Assembly (NCBI RefSeq): GCF_004010195.1
Contig: NC_057716.1
Span: 26,997,157-27,061,156, forward strand
Reading direction: 5' to 3'
Length of the DNA: 64,000 bases
Source: Chiloscyllium plagiosum
Taxonomy: Eukaryota
Positions 50,856 to 61,760 of this stretch are shown one piece after another (within the stretch, counting starts at the first letter, position 1; every line of letters starts with the position of its first letter). The notes beneath the pieces are model-generated. The model saw only the letters and a list, made by a program, of their open reading frames with translations, was not told where the DNA came from and did no database searches. Position numbers and translations under genes: made by a program.

Positions 50856-52200
50856 TTAAACCAGACAACATACTTGATCAAGACATGGCCTTGAGAAATG
50901 AACCAGAGAAGAGCTGCCGCCTGTACAGTTGAGTTGAAACGGGCACTGTGTGGCGATGTTCTTTATCTGCACATGTATATTAATATATGCAGTTTCTAGC
51001 ACACATAGCTGACTATGCAAAATCAGTATAATTCTTTGGGGACATTTGCTAACCTGTCCTATTGTGGAATCACAACCGATGTGGGATACTGTTGAGTTTT
51101 GTGAACATGGCCTAGTTGGATATGGTCTGTACATTGTTGAGAACCAAGGGCCATGCTGTTTGAAATGATCCATCAGTTTTTGGGATGTACGGCACCATAC
51201 CAGCACTGAAATTCATAGACAACATTTCTCAGTTTTGTGATGGGCATCTTTTTAGCTGGACAATAACATCCTTTCCATGGTGAACACCACTCATGTTACT
51301 TCCACACAGTAGCAGCATGAAACAGCTACCTTCGTGACTGTTTTGGTACCTTGATCGTACAGTGCAATCTGACACTTTACAGGATGAAAAGTGACAGCCC
51401 TTGGCCTGTTCATGAGTTTATTCAATACGCTGAAAAATGGGTCTGATCAAGGTAGGCATTATTCCATAGGCTGGTTTTGACGAAGCCTAATTTCAACATT
51501 AAGGTTGCACAGTGAACAAATGTCTCCGGCCCTATTTATGAAGTTTCAATAGGCCAGCATTATATTGCATGGAACTTTAGGAATCCCAACACATATACTG
51601 AATGGAAAGTAGACAATGATAGAGAGCCTTGGGCCGATTTTCCCCTTGCATGTATCTGATGACACACTTCTTACGTTTGGCTCTATAGTTGCACGTGCAA
51701 AATTATTTGTCTTAGTGGGCTCCATCCTGTCGACCTTTTAAAATTAAGACTGCAATCTTGTCAATGGGGCTAGGCCATTTATTCACTGCTGATGAAATAA
51801 GGCACGTCAAAACCATCCTGCTGGAACATTGCTGCCAAGATCCGATAATTTCTTGCCTTCTGTTGCACACTTTAAAATAGACTCTGTAGCAGCAGGAGCA
51901 ATGATTTCCCTTTTGTATATGCTACACTGCGCATATTGTCTCCTTTAAAGGGAACACTGCATAGAATGGTTTTAACACATTGCACACCCAATAGCAGCAT
52001 CAGGACAGCTACAGCATGAATAACTCCAGGAATATCTGGAGTTTCTTGATGACGTAGTTGAGATCTTGAGTCATATCCTCCATGCCTTGTTCCTGATTGT
52101 AGAAGCTCGTTCCCATCACAGCTAGAGGGGCTAGGAAAGGGTCTGAGTGCCTTCACTATGGGATACATCAGAGTAATGTTCGAATTCAAAGTGAAAATTG
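50856..52200 (-). mobile_element. Heavily decayed Penelope-like element
   Basis: Minus-strand remnants NVVYEFQC...RTSQKLMDHFKQH...STIGQ...VLETAYI (GIY-YIG-like), with weak upstream RT-like remnants; multiple frameshifts. Confidence 0.6.
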
Positions 52201-52559
52201 AGGATCTGAAAGAGAATACCTGACACCAAGTAGAAACAACGCCCAGCCCATCAGGTGTCTTTGGAGAGAAAGGCGGTGACTAGACAGTAGAGACAGAGGC
52301 TGAGACATGTAAGCAATTCCAACTTCTGTTCAATAAAGTGGGAAGAAACTTCTCATTGCATCATTTAAAATTTCAGAGAGTCTGACAGAACAGTTCTATG
52401 GTCTTAAAAGGCTCCTTTCCCTTTATCACCTTCTGATGTATCACTGCTAAGGCTGGGATTTCTTGGCCATCCTAATTATGGTGAGGAGATGTGATAACTG
52501 CATTGCTTACTAGCCATTTTGGAGGGGGGGAGTTGTTTCATTGTGGGATTGTATCCAGA

Positions 52560-52795
52560 AAACACTGGAGAAACTCAGCAGGTCTGTCAGCATCTGCGGA
52601 GAGAGAAAAACATTTTGACCTTTTTAGCCCAAAGACTTTCTTTGGATTTCAGACTTGCCGAAGAGTCTTTGGATTCATAAAAACGTCAACTGATTTTTTT
52701 TCCCCTCTCTCCAAAGTTGCTGACACAGCTGCTGAGTTTCAACAGCAACTTCTGTTCTTATTTCAGATTTCCAGCATCTATGGTGTTTTTGCATT
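52560..52795. mobile_element. Degenerate palindromic pLTR element (family C)
   Basis: aaactcagcaggtctgtcagcatctgcggagagag / ctctctccaaagttgctgacacagctgctgagttt inverted arms; aaacgtcaact core remnant. Confidence 0.6.
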
Positions 52796-53207
52796 TATTA
52801 TTTTGAGGTTGTAGTTACAACATTGGCCAGTTAATGATGGCCGCTTTCTTTCCCTAAAAGGCATCTATTGGCTGTTCTTAGACAATGCCTTGAAGATAAT
52901 TTCCATTAATATCAAATTTTCATTTTCCCAGACAATCTGCACAGTTGAAATTTCAATTTATCATGATGGGGTTTGAGCTCCATTCTCTGGATTACTAGTC
53001 CAAGAGTCACACAACCAATACACCGCATCATTTTCTCATCGGGGACATGACCCTATTGATGGAAGTGAGAGATGGCGATTTCTTCATCCTTGCACACAAT
53101 AGCTACTGTTTGGTGTTTTTGTTAAAACAATACCTGGTTCAGCCCAGGTCAGCTTGCTATGTGATGTGTGTCTAATAGGATTAGTGTGCTGCTTTTGGCC
53201 TTTGCAG

Positions 53208-53313
53208 TGGCGATGGACCACACCAGGAACAGCCAATACCAGAGACATTCTCGAAACAGAGCAGGCGAGGCTATTGCGGCTGCTGTAAAGAGTTGTATAC
53301 CTGTCTGGAACAG
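53208..53313 (+). CDS. ZDBF2: ZDBF2 exon with first half of the DBF4-type zinc finger
   Basis: GDGPHQEQPIPETFSKQSRRGYCGCCKELYTCLEQ; acceptor tttgcag, donor gtaagg; resembles mammalian ZDBF2 RQGYCSYC...LEQ. Confidence 0.9.
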
Positions 53314-53854
53314 GTAAGGATAGTGTGAGTGCTTCATAATTATCAAAAAAATAAATTGAGTCCAGCATAGCTTGATAATGCAGGCCCCAGTGGTCGTCCT
53401 CTTGGCTCATTACTTGTGCATCCACTTCTGAGCAGGAATGTCATGGATTCAAGCTGAATGCCAGATAATTCAGTACTTCACCTCAACTGGTAAATCAGTG
53501 CAGTGCTGATGGAAGGCTGCATTGCCAGCAATGCTGTCCAGCTGATAGCCTGTCAACTTCCACAAGGTGATTGAAAAGGATTACCTAGCACTATGTGAAG
53601 CAAAGCAATTCTCTCTGCTTTCCTGGCCCATGTATTTTCTCTTGACCAATATCAGTAGAGTGGTAACATGAAAGCAAAATGCTGCCAAGCTGGAAATCTG
53701 AAATAAAACATTGGAGATACTCCATGGGTCCACCAGTTTCTGTGGATAACGAAACAGGTCACAGAGCAGAAGCAGTGATTGTCAGTGGCCTAGTGTCTCA
53801 ATTCCCTTCAAAAGAGAAGTTCCTATAATAATGGAAAATGGGAAAAGTTCTCTG

Positions 53855-54865
53855 CTGGTTGGAGTAAGGACTGGCACATAGGACGATGGTTGTGGGAGTT
53901 CAATTGTATCAGCCCCAGGATGCCTCTGTAGGAGTTCCTCAAGGTAGTATCCTAGACCCAACCATCTTCAACTCCTTCAATAATGATCTTCCCTCCGTCA
54001 TAAGGACAGGAGTGGGGATGTTCATTGAAGATTGTACCGTACAACGTTCAGCATCATTCTCAACTCCTCAGGTACTGAAGCAGTCCATGTTCAAAAGCAA
54101 CAAGATAAGGCTTGGGCTGACAAGTGGCAAATAACATTCACAGCACACAAATGGCAATGGCTATCTCCAAAAAGAGACAATTTAACCACTACCCCTTAAC
54201 ACTCAATGGTGTTACCATCACTGACTCTCCCACTATTACCATCCTGGGGGAGGGGTTATTATTGACCAGAAACTCAAATGGACTTGCTGGATAAATACAG
54301 TGACTATAAGAGCAGGCCAAGGCTTGGAACATTGAGTAACTCACCTCCTGACTTCACAAAGCCTGTCCACTAGCTATAAGGCATAAGTCAGGAATGTAAT
54401 TGAATAGTTCCCACTTTCCTGGATGGGTGCAGCTCCAACAACACTCCAAGAAGCTTTGACATCATTCAGGACAAAGCTCCGCATGAATGGCACCAAATCC
54501 ACTCCCTCCACCACTGATACACAGTAGCAGCTGTGTGTGCTATCTACAAGATGCACTGCAGAACTTCAGCAAGGATCCCGTAGAACCTTCCAAACCCATG
54601 ATCGCTTCCATTCAGACAGAAATGGGTAGCAGGTTCATGGGAAAATCACCACCAGCAAATTCTCCTCCAAGCTACTTGCCATCCTGACAAAATATGTCAT
54701 TGTCCCTTCAGTGTTGCAGGCTGAAAATCCTGGTATTCCCTCCCTAAAGGCATTGTGGGTCTACCTGCAGCAGTTCAAGAAGTCAGCTCACCACCACCTT
54801 CTCAAGGGGCAACGAGGGACAGGCAGTTAATCTGTCCAGCGATACCCAGGAGTGAATACATTTAT
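53855..54865 (+). mobile_element. LINE (CR1/L2-like) RT and 3' end fragment
   Basis: GVPQGSILDPTIF...MFIEDC RT motif in ORF 53886-54134, plus family 3' end. Confidence 0.8.
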
Positions 54866-55460
54866 GAAGATGTCATTCCTGATTTCACTGCTGTGACAGC
54901 AGACTCTAAAGTTTCGACTCTTCTGCCTGGTCTTGGAATCTCCAATTAGAATTGGTTTTCCCTTCTCTAACTTATCAATTTCCTTTTGCATTTTGAAAAC
55001 CACAAACAGCCCTTTTTCTTTAAATTCCAGACCTATTTTGAACAATACTAGTAATTTAATCCTTTGGGTAAATAAACACTGTGCCCACTCAAGCAATTTA
55101 TACCCTTTCCAGAGGATAGTGTCTCAAACTAGGTTTAGTTTCTTGGGGGCTGTTTAGCTAAAGAAGAACTGACCTCTTGTATTCTTTATTTCTGGACGCA
55201 AAGATCAGCATTCCATTTGGGATTTTGATTACTTTCTGTAACATTTTGTGATATTTTCATGGATTTATCAGATCTCCAAGTCTATTCGGTCCTCTGCTAC
55301 TTCTGGCAATTTACCATGTCAAAAGTACTCTCTTTTATCCTTAAAGCCCAAGTCATCTCTATTTGCCGACATTGAAATTCATTTTGTGTGCTCTTGTGGC
55401 TACCTCTGATCCAGGAGGCCCAGGGTCACACCCACCTGCTCTGCATCTGAACAGGTTGAG

Positions 55461-57440
55461 TCATAGAGTCCTACAGCCCTTCAGCCCAAACTGATCCACA
55501 ACTACCAAAATGGCCATCCATGCTAACCCCATTTCCCTGCACTTGGCCCATATCCTTGTATGTATTCAAACACCTTTTAAATGTTGTTAATGTACCTGCC
55601 TCAACCACTTCCACTGTCAGCTCATTCCATATGCCTACCACCCTCTGTGTAAAAATGTTGCCTCTCAGGTTCCCTTTTATTCTTTCCCCTCTAACCTTAA
55701 ACTGATGCCCCCTCTTCCTCGATTGCCCAACCCTGGGAAAAAAGACTACGTGCATTCACCCTATCCATGCCTCTCATGACCTTATACCTTTCTATAAGAT
55801 CCCCCCCTCAGTCTCCTATGCTCTAAAGAAAAATGTCCTAACTTGTCCAACCTCTCCCTGTAACTCAGACCATTGAGGTAACATCCTTGCAAATTTCTTC
55901 TGCATTCTTTCTAGTTTAATAACATCCTTCCTATAACAAAGTGACCAAAACTGAACAAGTGCATTCTCACCAACGTTCTGTGCAGCTACAAGATAACTTC
56001 CCAACTTCTATACTTAATGTCTTGACTGATCAAGGCCAGTGTGCCAAAGACCTTCTTCACTGTCTTGTCTACCTGTGACTCCAGTTTCAGAGAACCATGC
56101 ACCTGAATGCCAAGATCCCTCTGTTCCACTCTTTAAAGCCTTGCCATTCACCATGAAATTCCTACCTTGATTTGACTTTCCAAAGTGCACTTATCTATAT
56201 TAAACACCATTGCCATTTCTCGGCCCACTTCCCCAGCTGATCAAGGTCCTGCTGCAATTTCAGATAATCATCCTCACTGTCCGTGATACCACCTATTTTA
56301 GCGTCATCTGCAAACAAACTAATCATGCCTTGTATGTTCTCATCCAAATCTTTGATATAGATAACAAACAGCCATGCGTCCAGCACCAACCCCTGAGGCA
56401 CTCCACTAGTCACAGGCCTCCAGTCCGACAAGAATCCTTCCAGTATTACCCTCTATTTCCTTCCATCAGTCAATTGTGTATCAAATTTGCCAGCTCATCC
56501 CGGATTCCATACGATCTAACCTTCCAGAGCAGCCTACCATGTGGAACCTTATCAAAGGCCTTACTGAAATCCATATAGATTTCTACTGCCCTTCCTGGTC
56601 ACTTCCTCAAAGATCTCCCACTCACATAGCCATGCTGACTACTCCTAATCAAACCTTGTCTTTCCAAATGCCTGCATATCTTAGCCCTCAGAATCTTCTC
56701 AAATAACTTACCCTCCACAGATGTTAAACTTACTGGTCTATAGTTCCTAGGTTTTTCTTTGCAGCTCTTCTTGAATAATGGCACATTCGCTACCCTCCAG
56801 TCTTCCAGGATCACACCTGTGGCTAGTGATGATGCAGATATATTAGCCAGGGCCCCTGCGATTTCTTCTCTAGGCTCTTCCAGTGTTCTTGGATATATCT
56901 GGTCGGGATCAAAAGGTTTAACCATCTTCATACATTCTAATACACCCAATACCTCCTCTACTGTGATATGGACTATCCCCAAGATATCACCATGAACTTT
57001 CCCAAGTTTTCATGGCTTTCTCCATGGTAAACACAGAGGAGAAGTATTCATTTGAGGACCTCGTCCATTACCCTGTGGTTCTATGCATACATGTCCTGTT
57101 TGGTCTTAGGGCCCTATTCTCTCTAGTTATTCTTTTTCCTTTAATAAACTGAAAGAACTTCTTTGAATTTACCCTAATCTTCTCAGCCAAGGCTATCTCG
57201 TGCCCACTTTTCACCCTCTTGATTTCCTTCTTCAGTAAACTCCTGTATTCCCTGTATACCTCCAGGAATTCCCCTGATCCCAGCTGCCTGTACCTGAGTC
57301 ATGCCTCCTTTTTTCTGATCAATGCCTCAATATTTCTTGTCGTCCAGGGTTCCCTATTTCTGCCAACCTTGCCCTTCACCCTCACAGGAACACATAGACC
57401 TTGAACTCTAGCTCCCTCACTCTTAAAGGTCTCCGACTGC
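55461..57440 (-). mobile_element. CR1-type LINE (RT region, decayed)
   Basis: DWRVANVPLFKK..NYRPVSLTS; VTSGVPQG..FADD; RGHQFKV..FTQRVV. Confidence 0.92.
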
Positions 57441-57860
57441 CAGAGGTTGACATTTCAACAAAAGCTACATTTGAAATCAGATTGACAATGTTGACAAATG
57501 AGTTGAGCCTTCAAAATTTCTTGCGTGCTTCCATCTACAGTGCTAAAAATGCTGCCAATTTCTCACTGGCAAATTAATTCATAAGACATTAGAGGAGAAA
57601 TTAGGCCATTCAGCCCATTGAGTCTGCTCCACCATTCAATCATGGCTGACAGGTTTTTTTAACTGCATTTTCCCACCTCCTCCCCATAACCTTTGATACA
57701 CTTGGCAATCAAGAACTTATCTGTCTGTGTTTTAAATATACTCAATGACCTGGCCTCCACAGTTTTCTGTGGTAATGAATTCCCTAGACTCGGCACTCTC
57801 TGGCTAAAGAAGTTTCTCCTTATCTCAGTTCTAAAGGGTCTTCTGTGCTGATCCTCAGAA

Positions 57861-58076
57861 TTAGATTAGATTAGATTACATTACAGTGTGGAAACAGGCC
57901 CTTTGGCCCAACAAGTCCACACCCTGTGGGAGGAAACCGGAGCACCAGGAGGAAACCCATGCAAACACGGGGAGAACGTGCAAACTCCACACAGTCAGTC
58001 GCCTGAGGCAGGAATTGAACCCGGGTCTCGGGCGCTGTGAGGCAGCAGTGCTAACCACTGTGCCACCGTACCGCCC
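57861..58076 (-). mobile_element. HE1-type SINE, internally deleted young copy
   Basis: Head identical in type to the 31651 copy; (AGATT)n tail. Confidence 0.88.
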
Positions 58077-58758
58077 ACAGTGTTAATAACCGAAAATTAT
58101 TGAGTCCCAGCCCTTAACCTTATGGGACACCACTGGTCACGTCAGCTACAAAGTATTCTGGGATTTCTGGTGGTCATGCAATATAAAATACAATCCTTCA
58201 TCTGAGGTGCTGAATTCCGATGAGATGTTGAAGAAAGGGATGGGGAACGGATGTGAAAGATCCCACTTCGTCATTCGTGAAGTTGAAGTGATTTCCCAGA
58301 ATCCTGGTTGATATCTATTCCTTCAAACTGTATTTCTCTCGCAGTGCTGATTGAGAGACATTGTTGAATGCAGAAATTTAAGAAGCAGAGGTGACTCGCT
58401 GAGAAATGTATAGTTGGTCATTGAGCACTGTGGATCTGATGGTCAATCCTTGTGCTGGCAGTGACAGATTTAGGCCCACCTCATGGTTTGATCGTTGATA
58501 AATTGAGAGAAGCTGAACTGGGGGGACTCCATCGCCTCCATCAAAGTGAAATGTGTGTGTTCAGTCTGGTTTGTATTGTGACGGTCCAATGAAAATGTTG
58601 CTAAGCTCTGGAAGCACGCACACTCCAGCTGGAAAAAGAGTCCAGACTCACCTTTAAAGCTGAATGTGTAGAACCTCTCCCATTCACTCAAGTTGGTTGT
58701 AATGGTTTGCAGCTGTCAATATAGCACAGGAAAATCCCAGGCTCCATTCCCAACCTGT

Positions 58759-59098
58759 CATAGAATCCCTACAGTGTGGAAACAGGCCATTCAGACCATA
58801 CTAACCCTCAGAGTATCGCACTTAGACCCACCTCCCTATCCTATCCCTGTAACCCTGCATTTCCCATGGCTAACCTGCCTCGCCTGCACATTCCTGGACA
58901 CTATGGGCAATTTAGTGTGGCCAATTCACCTAAAGCGCACACCTTTGGACAGTAGGAGGAAACCGGAGCACCCAACAGAAACTCTGCAGACATTGGGAGA
59001 ATGCGCAGACTCCACACAGCCTCCACGACGGTGGAATCGAACCCGGGTCTCTGGCGCTGTGGGGCAGCAGTGCTAACTACTGAGCCACAGTGCCACCC
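58759..59098 (-). mobile_element. HE1-type SINE
   Basis: Reverse-complement head and body. Confidence 0.8.
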
Positions 59099-59460
59099 AC
59101 CTATGCTGATCCTACTGAAGCACTCGGCGAGAGTTGGGGTAGCAGAGGGCTCAGACTAGCTGTGGCAGCTCAGCAAAGAGGAAGAGGAGCATTTGGCAGG
59201 CTTTCCCGTGCTGAATGCTGTCTGTGAGAGAGCCCATGGAAGGGAATAGGAACAGGTTCTGAGAGTGAGGCTGGAGAACAGCCATGTCTGGCAGTGCAGC
59301 CAGTCAAAGGAGCAAGCTTCTCATATGCTTGGGTACAAATTGGGTCAAGCCTCTTTTGAAGAGGGAGTCAGATGGGGTGAAGGTAGCTGCAGTGAAATTA
59401 GGTGTAATCTTGGCCGAGTCGTGTTCACTTTAATGTTCTGTGCTTTTGTTTTTTGCTCAG

Positions 59461-59588
59461 CACCTCCAGACCATTCGGCACAGGCAATTTGCCAGTGAGT
59501 CCAGGAACCAGGGACCAGCTAAAAGCCTCATGGAACGCTTCCTGCAGGATGTCATCCAATACCACCCTTCCCGGTATAAAGACAACAG
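59461..59588 (+). CDS. ZDBF2: ZDBF2 exon with second half of the zinc finger
   Basis: 128 nt, HLQTIRHRQFASESRNQGPAKSLMERFLQDVIQYHPSRYKDN; completes C-x2-C-x9-H-x5-H; SLMERFLQDV is the ZDBF2 signature. Confidence 0.93.
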
Positions 59589-60208
59589 GTAAACAAAGGG
59601 CACTCTTAGACATGTTAGTCTGAACGCTGTAACTCTCCACCACTTAGCAGCTGACTGTCATGAGAGCTGGTCTGTGTAGCTAGTCACTGTCCATACACAC
59701 TGCCTCATACTTGCAGCATATAACATAGATCTATGATCTGATTAAGGAGCCTGTGTGAATTCCTAGATGCAAGCAGCAAGAATGTTTTAATAGTTCAAAA
59801 AAGAAAGAATACCTCGTGAAGCTCTTCCCATCGCTTTTCAATGCTTGTAAGATTGCAGAACAGTGCTAAGTGGAACTGCTAACAGTTAAAAGAATCATCC
59901 GGGTTCTCTCTCAATCTATACAGCACGTTTATTGAATGTAAAGTGGTTTCGGAGCTGAGGTCATGAAAGGTGCTGTATAAAATGCACATCCTTTCCTTTT
60001 TTGAGCATTTTGTCTGTTTTGGGGTAGACAAAAAGTATTCAGATGTTAGATGATCCTCCCTGTCTACAGGTGAATGCTCAAATACAGTGTACTTCAAGCT
60101 GCCATAGTTTGCCAATTTACCATACCAGTTTTGTTTTTGCCACTAACACTGACATGAACCAAAAAGCTCAATCTTTATTTCTTCTGGAGTGTTGCTTTCC
60201 TTGCCACA

Positions 60209-60878
60209 GAGTCGTAGCGATGTACAGCACGGAAATAGACCCTTCAATCCAACTCATTCATTCCAACTAGACATTCTAACCTAATTTAATCCCATTTGCC
60301 AGCACTTGGTCCATATCCCTCTCAACCCTTTCTATTCATGTACCCATCCAGATGCTGTTTAAATGTGATTGTACCAGTCTCCACCACTTCCTGTGGCTGC
60401 TAATTCCATACACACACCACCCTCTGTGTGAAAATGTTGCCCTTTAGGTCTCTTTTATATCTTTCCCCTCTCACCCTAAACCTATGCCCTCTAGTTCTGG
60501 ACTCCCCCACCCCAGGGAAAAGACCTTGTCTATTTACCCTATCCATGCCCTTCATGATTTTATAAACCTCTGTAAGGTCACACCTCAGCTTCTGACACTC
60601 CAGGGAAACTAGTCCCAGCCCATTCAGCCTCTCCCTAGCGTTCAAACTCTCCAATCCTGGCAATATACTTGTAAATCTTTTCTGAACCCTTTCGAGTTTC
60701 ACAACATCTTTCCTATAGCAGGGAGACCAGAACTGAATGCAGTATTCCAAAAGTCACCTAACCAATGTCCTGTACAGCTGTAACATGACATCCCAACTCC
60801 TATACTCGATGCACTGACCAATAAAAGCAAACACACCAAACACCGCCTTCACTATCCTGTCTACCTGCAACTCCACTA
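60209..60878 (-). mobile_element. CR1-type LINE 3' fragment
   Basis: EYCIQFWSPCYRKDVVKLERVQKRFT...RTRGH (ORF 60400-60750). Confidence 0.9.
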
Positions 60879-61145
60879 TTCTTGAAAAGAGATATGCCTT
60901 GTGCAGAACAAGACATTTTACCAATCAAGACAAAACAAGAATGCCAGATTTCAAATTATCACAACAATTTATGCCAAAGAAAAGTAATATTTTCAAGCCT
61001 TGTGTCTTTTTATTTGAATTATTAAAAAGCCTATCATTCCTTAGTTCTTACTCTACATTAGCACCTTGAGCCAATCAGAGTTGACTTGTCTTCTGTTATT
61101 TAGATTGTTGTGATTGTTTATTTAAAATTGGACACTTTTGCATTT

Positions 61146-61660
61146 AGACCATAAGACACAGGAGCAGAAATTAGGCCATTCAGCCCATCAAGTCTGCACT
61201 GCGATTCAATCATGGCTGATAAGTTTCTCAACCCCATTCTCTTGCTTACTTCCCATAACCCTTGATCCCCTTGACAGTCAAGAACCTACCTATCTTGGCC
61301 TTAAATATACTCAAATGACCTGGCCTCTACAGTCTTCTGTGGCAGTGAATTCCATAGATTCATCACTCTCTGGCTGAAGAATTATCTTCTTTATCTCTGT
61401 TCTACAGGGTCTTCCCTTTCATGCTGTGCCCTTGGGTCTTAGTCTCTCCTGCCAATGGAAGCATCTTCCCAATGTCCACACTATTCAATATTCTCTGTTT
61501 CAATTGGATCTCCCCCCCCCCCCACCCCCCCCCCACCGTCAACCTTCTAAATTCTATCGAGTATAGACCCAGAGTCCTCAAACATTCTGGAGGCCTTCTA
61601 GGGCCAGTACATCCTGAGGCAAGGGTCCCAAAATTGCTCACGATACTCCAAATGTGGTCT
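61146..61660 (-). mobile_element. CR1-type LINE 3' fragment (family also at 57580-57845, 38660-38930)
   Basis: cataagacacaggagcagaaattaggccattcagccc end; LGLYSIEFRRL remnant. Confidence 0.8.
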
Positions 61661-61760
61661 GTCCTGAACTTTATGAATGGGTACAGAATGAAGAGCTATT
61701 AAAGTCCTGCATTACGAAACTGTTGTTAACATTTTTTTAAAAAAAACTTGTGCTCCTCAG

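Noticed and set aside
51872-52189. ORF containing PGVIHAVAVLMLLLG, resembling GPR1 TM1 (LGVVHWVSLVL)
   Set aside because: No downstream GPCR motifs (GN, LAxAD, DRY, NPxxY); adjacent minus-strand sequence carries Penelope GIY-YIG-like remnants instead.
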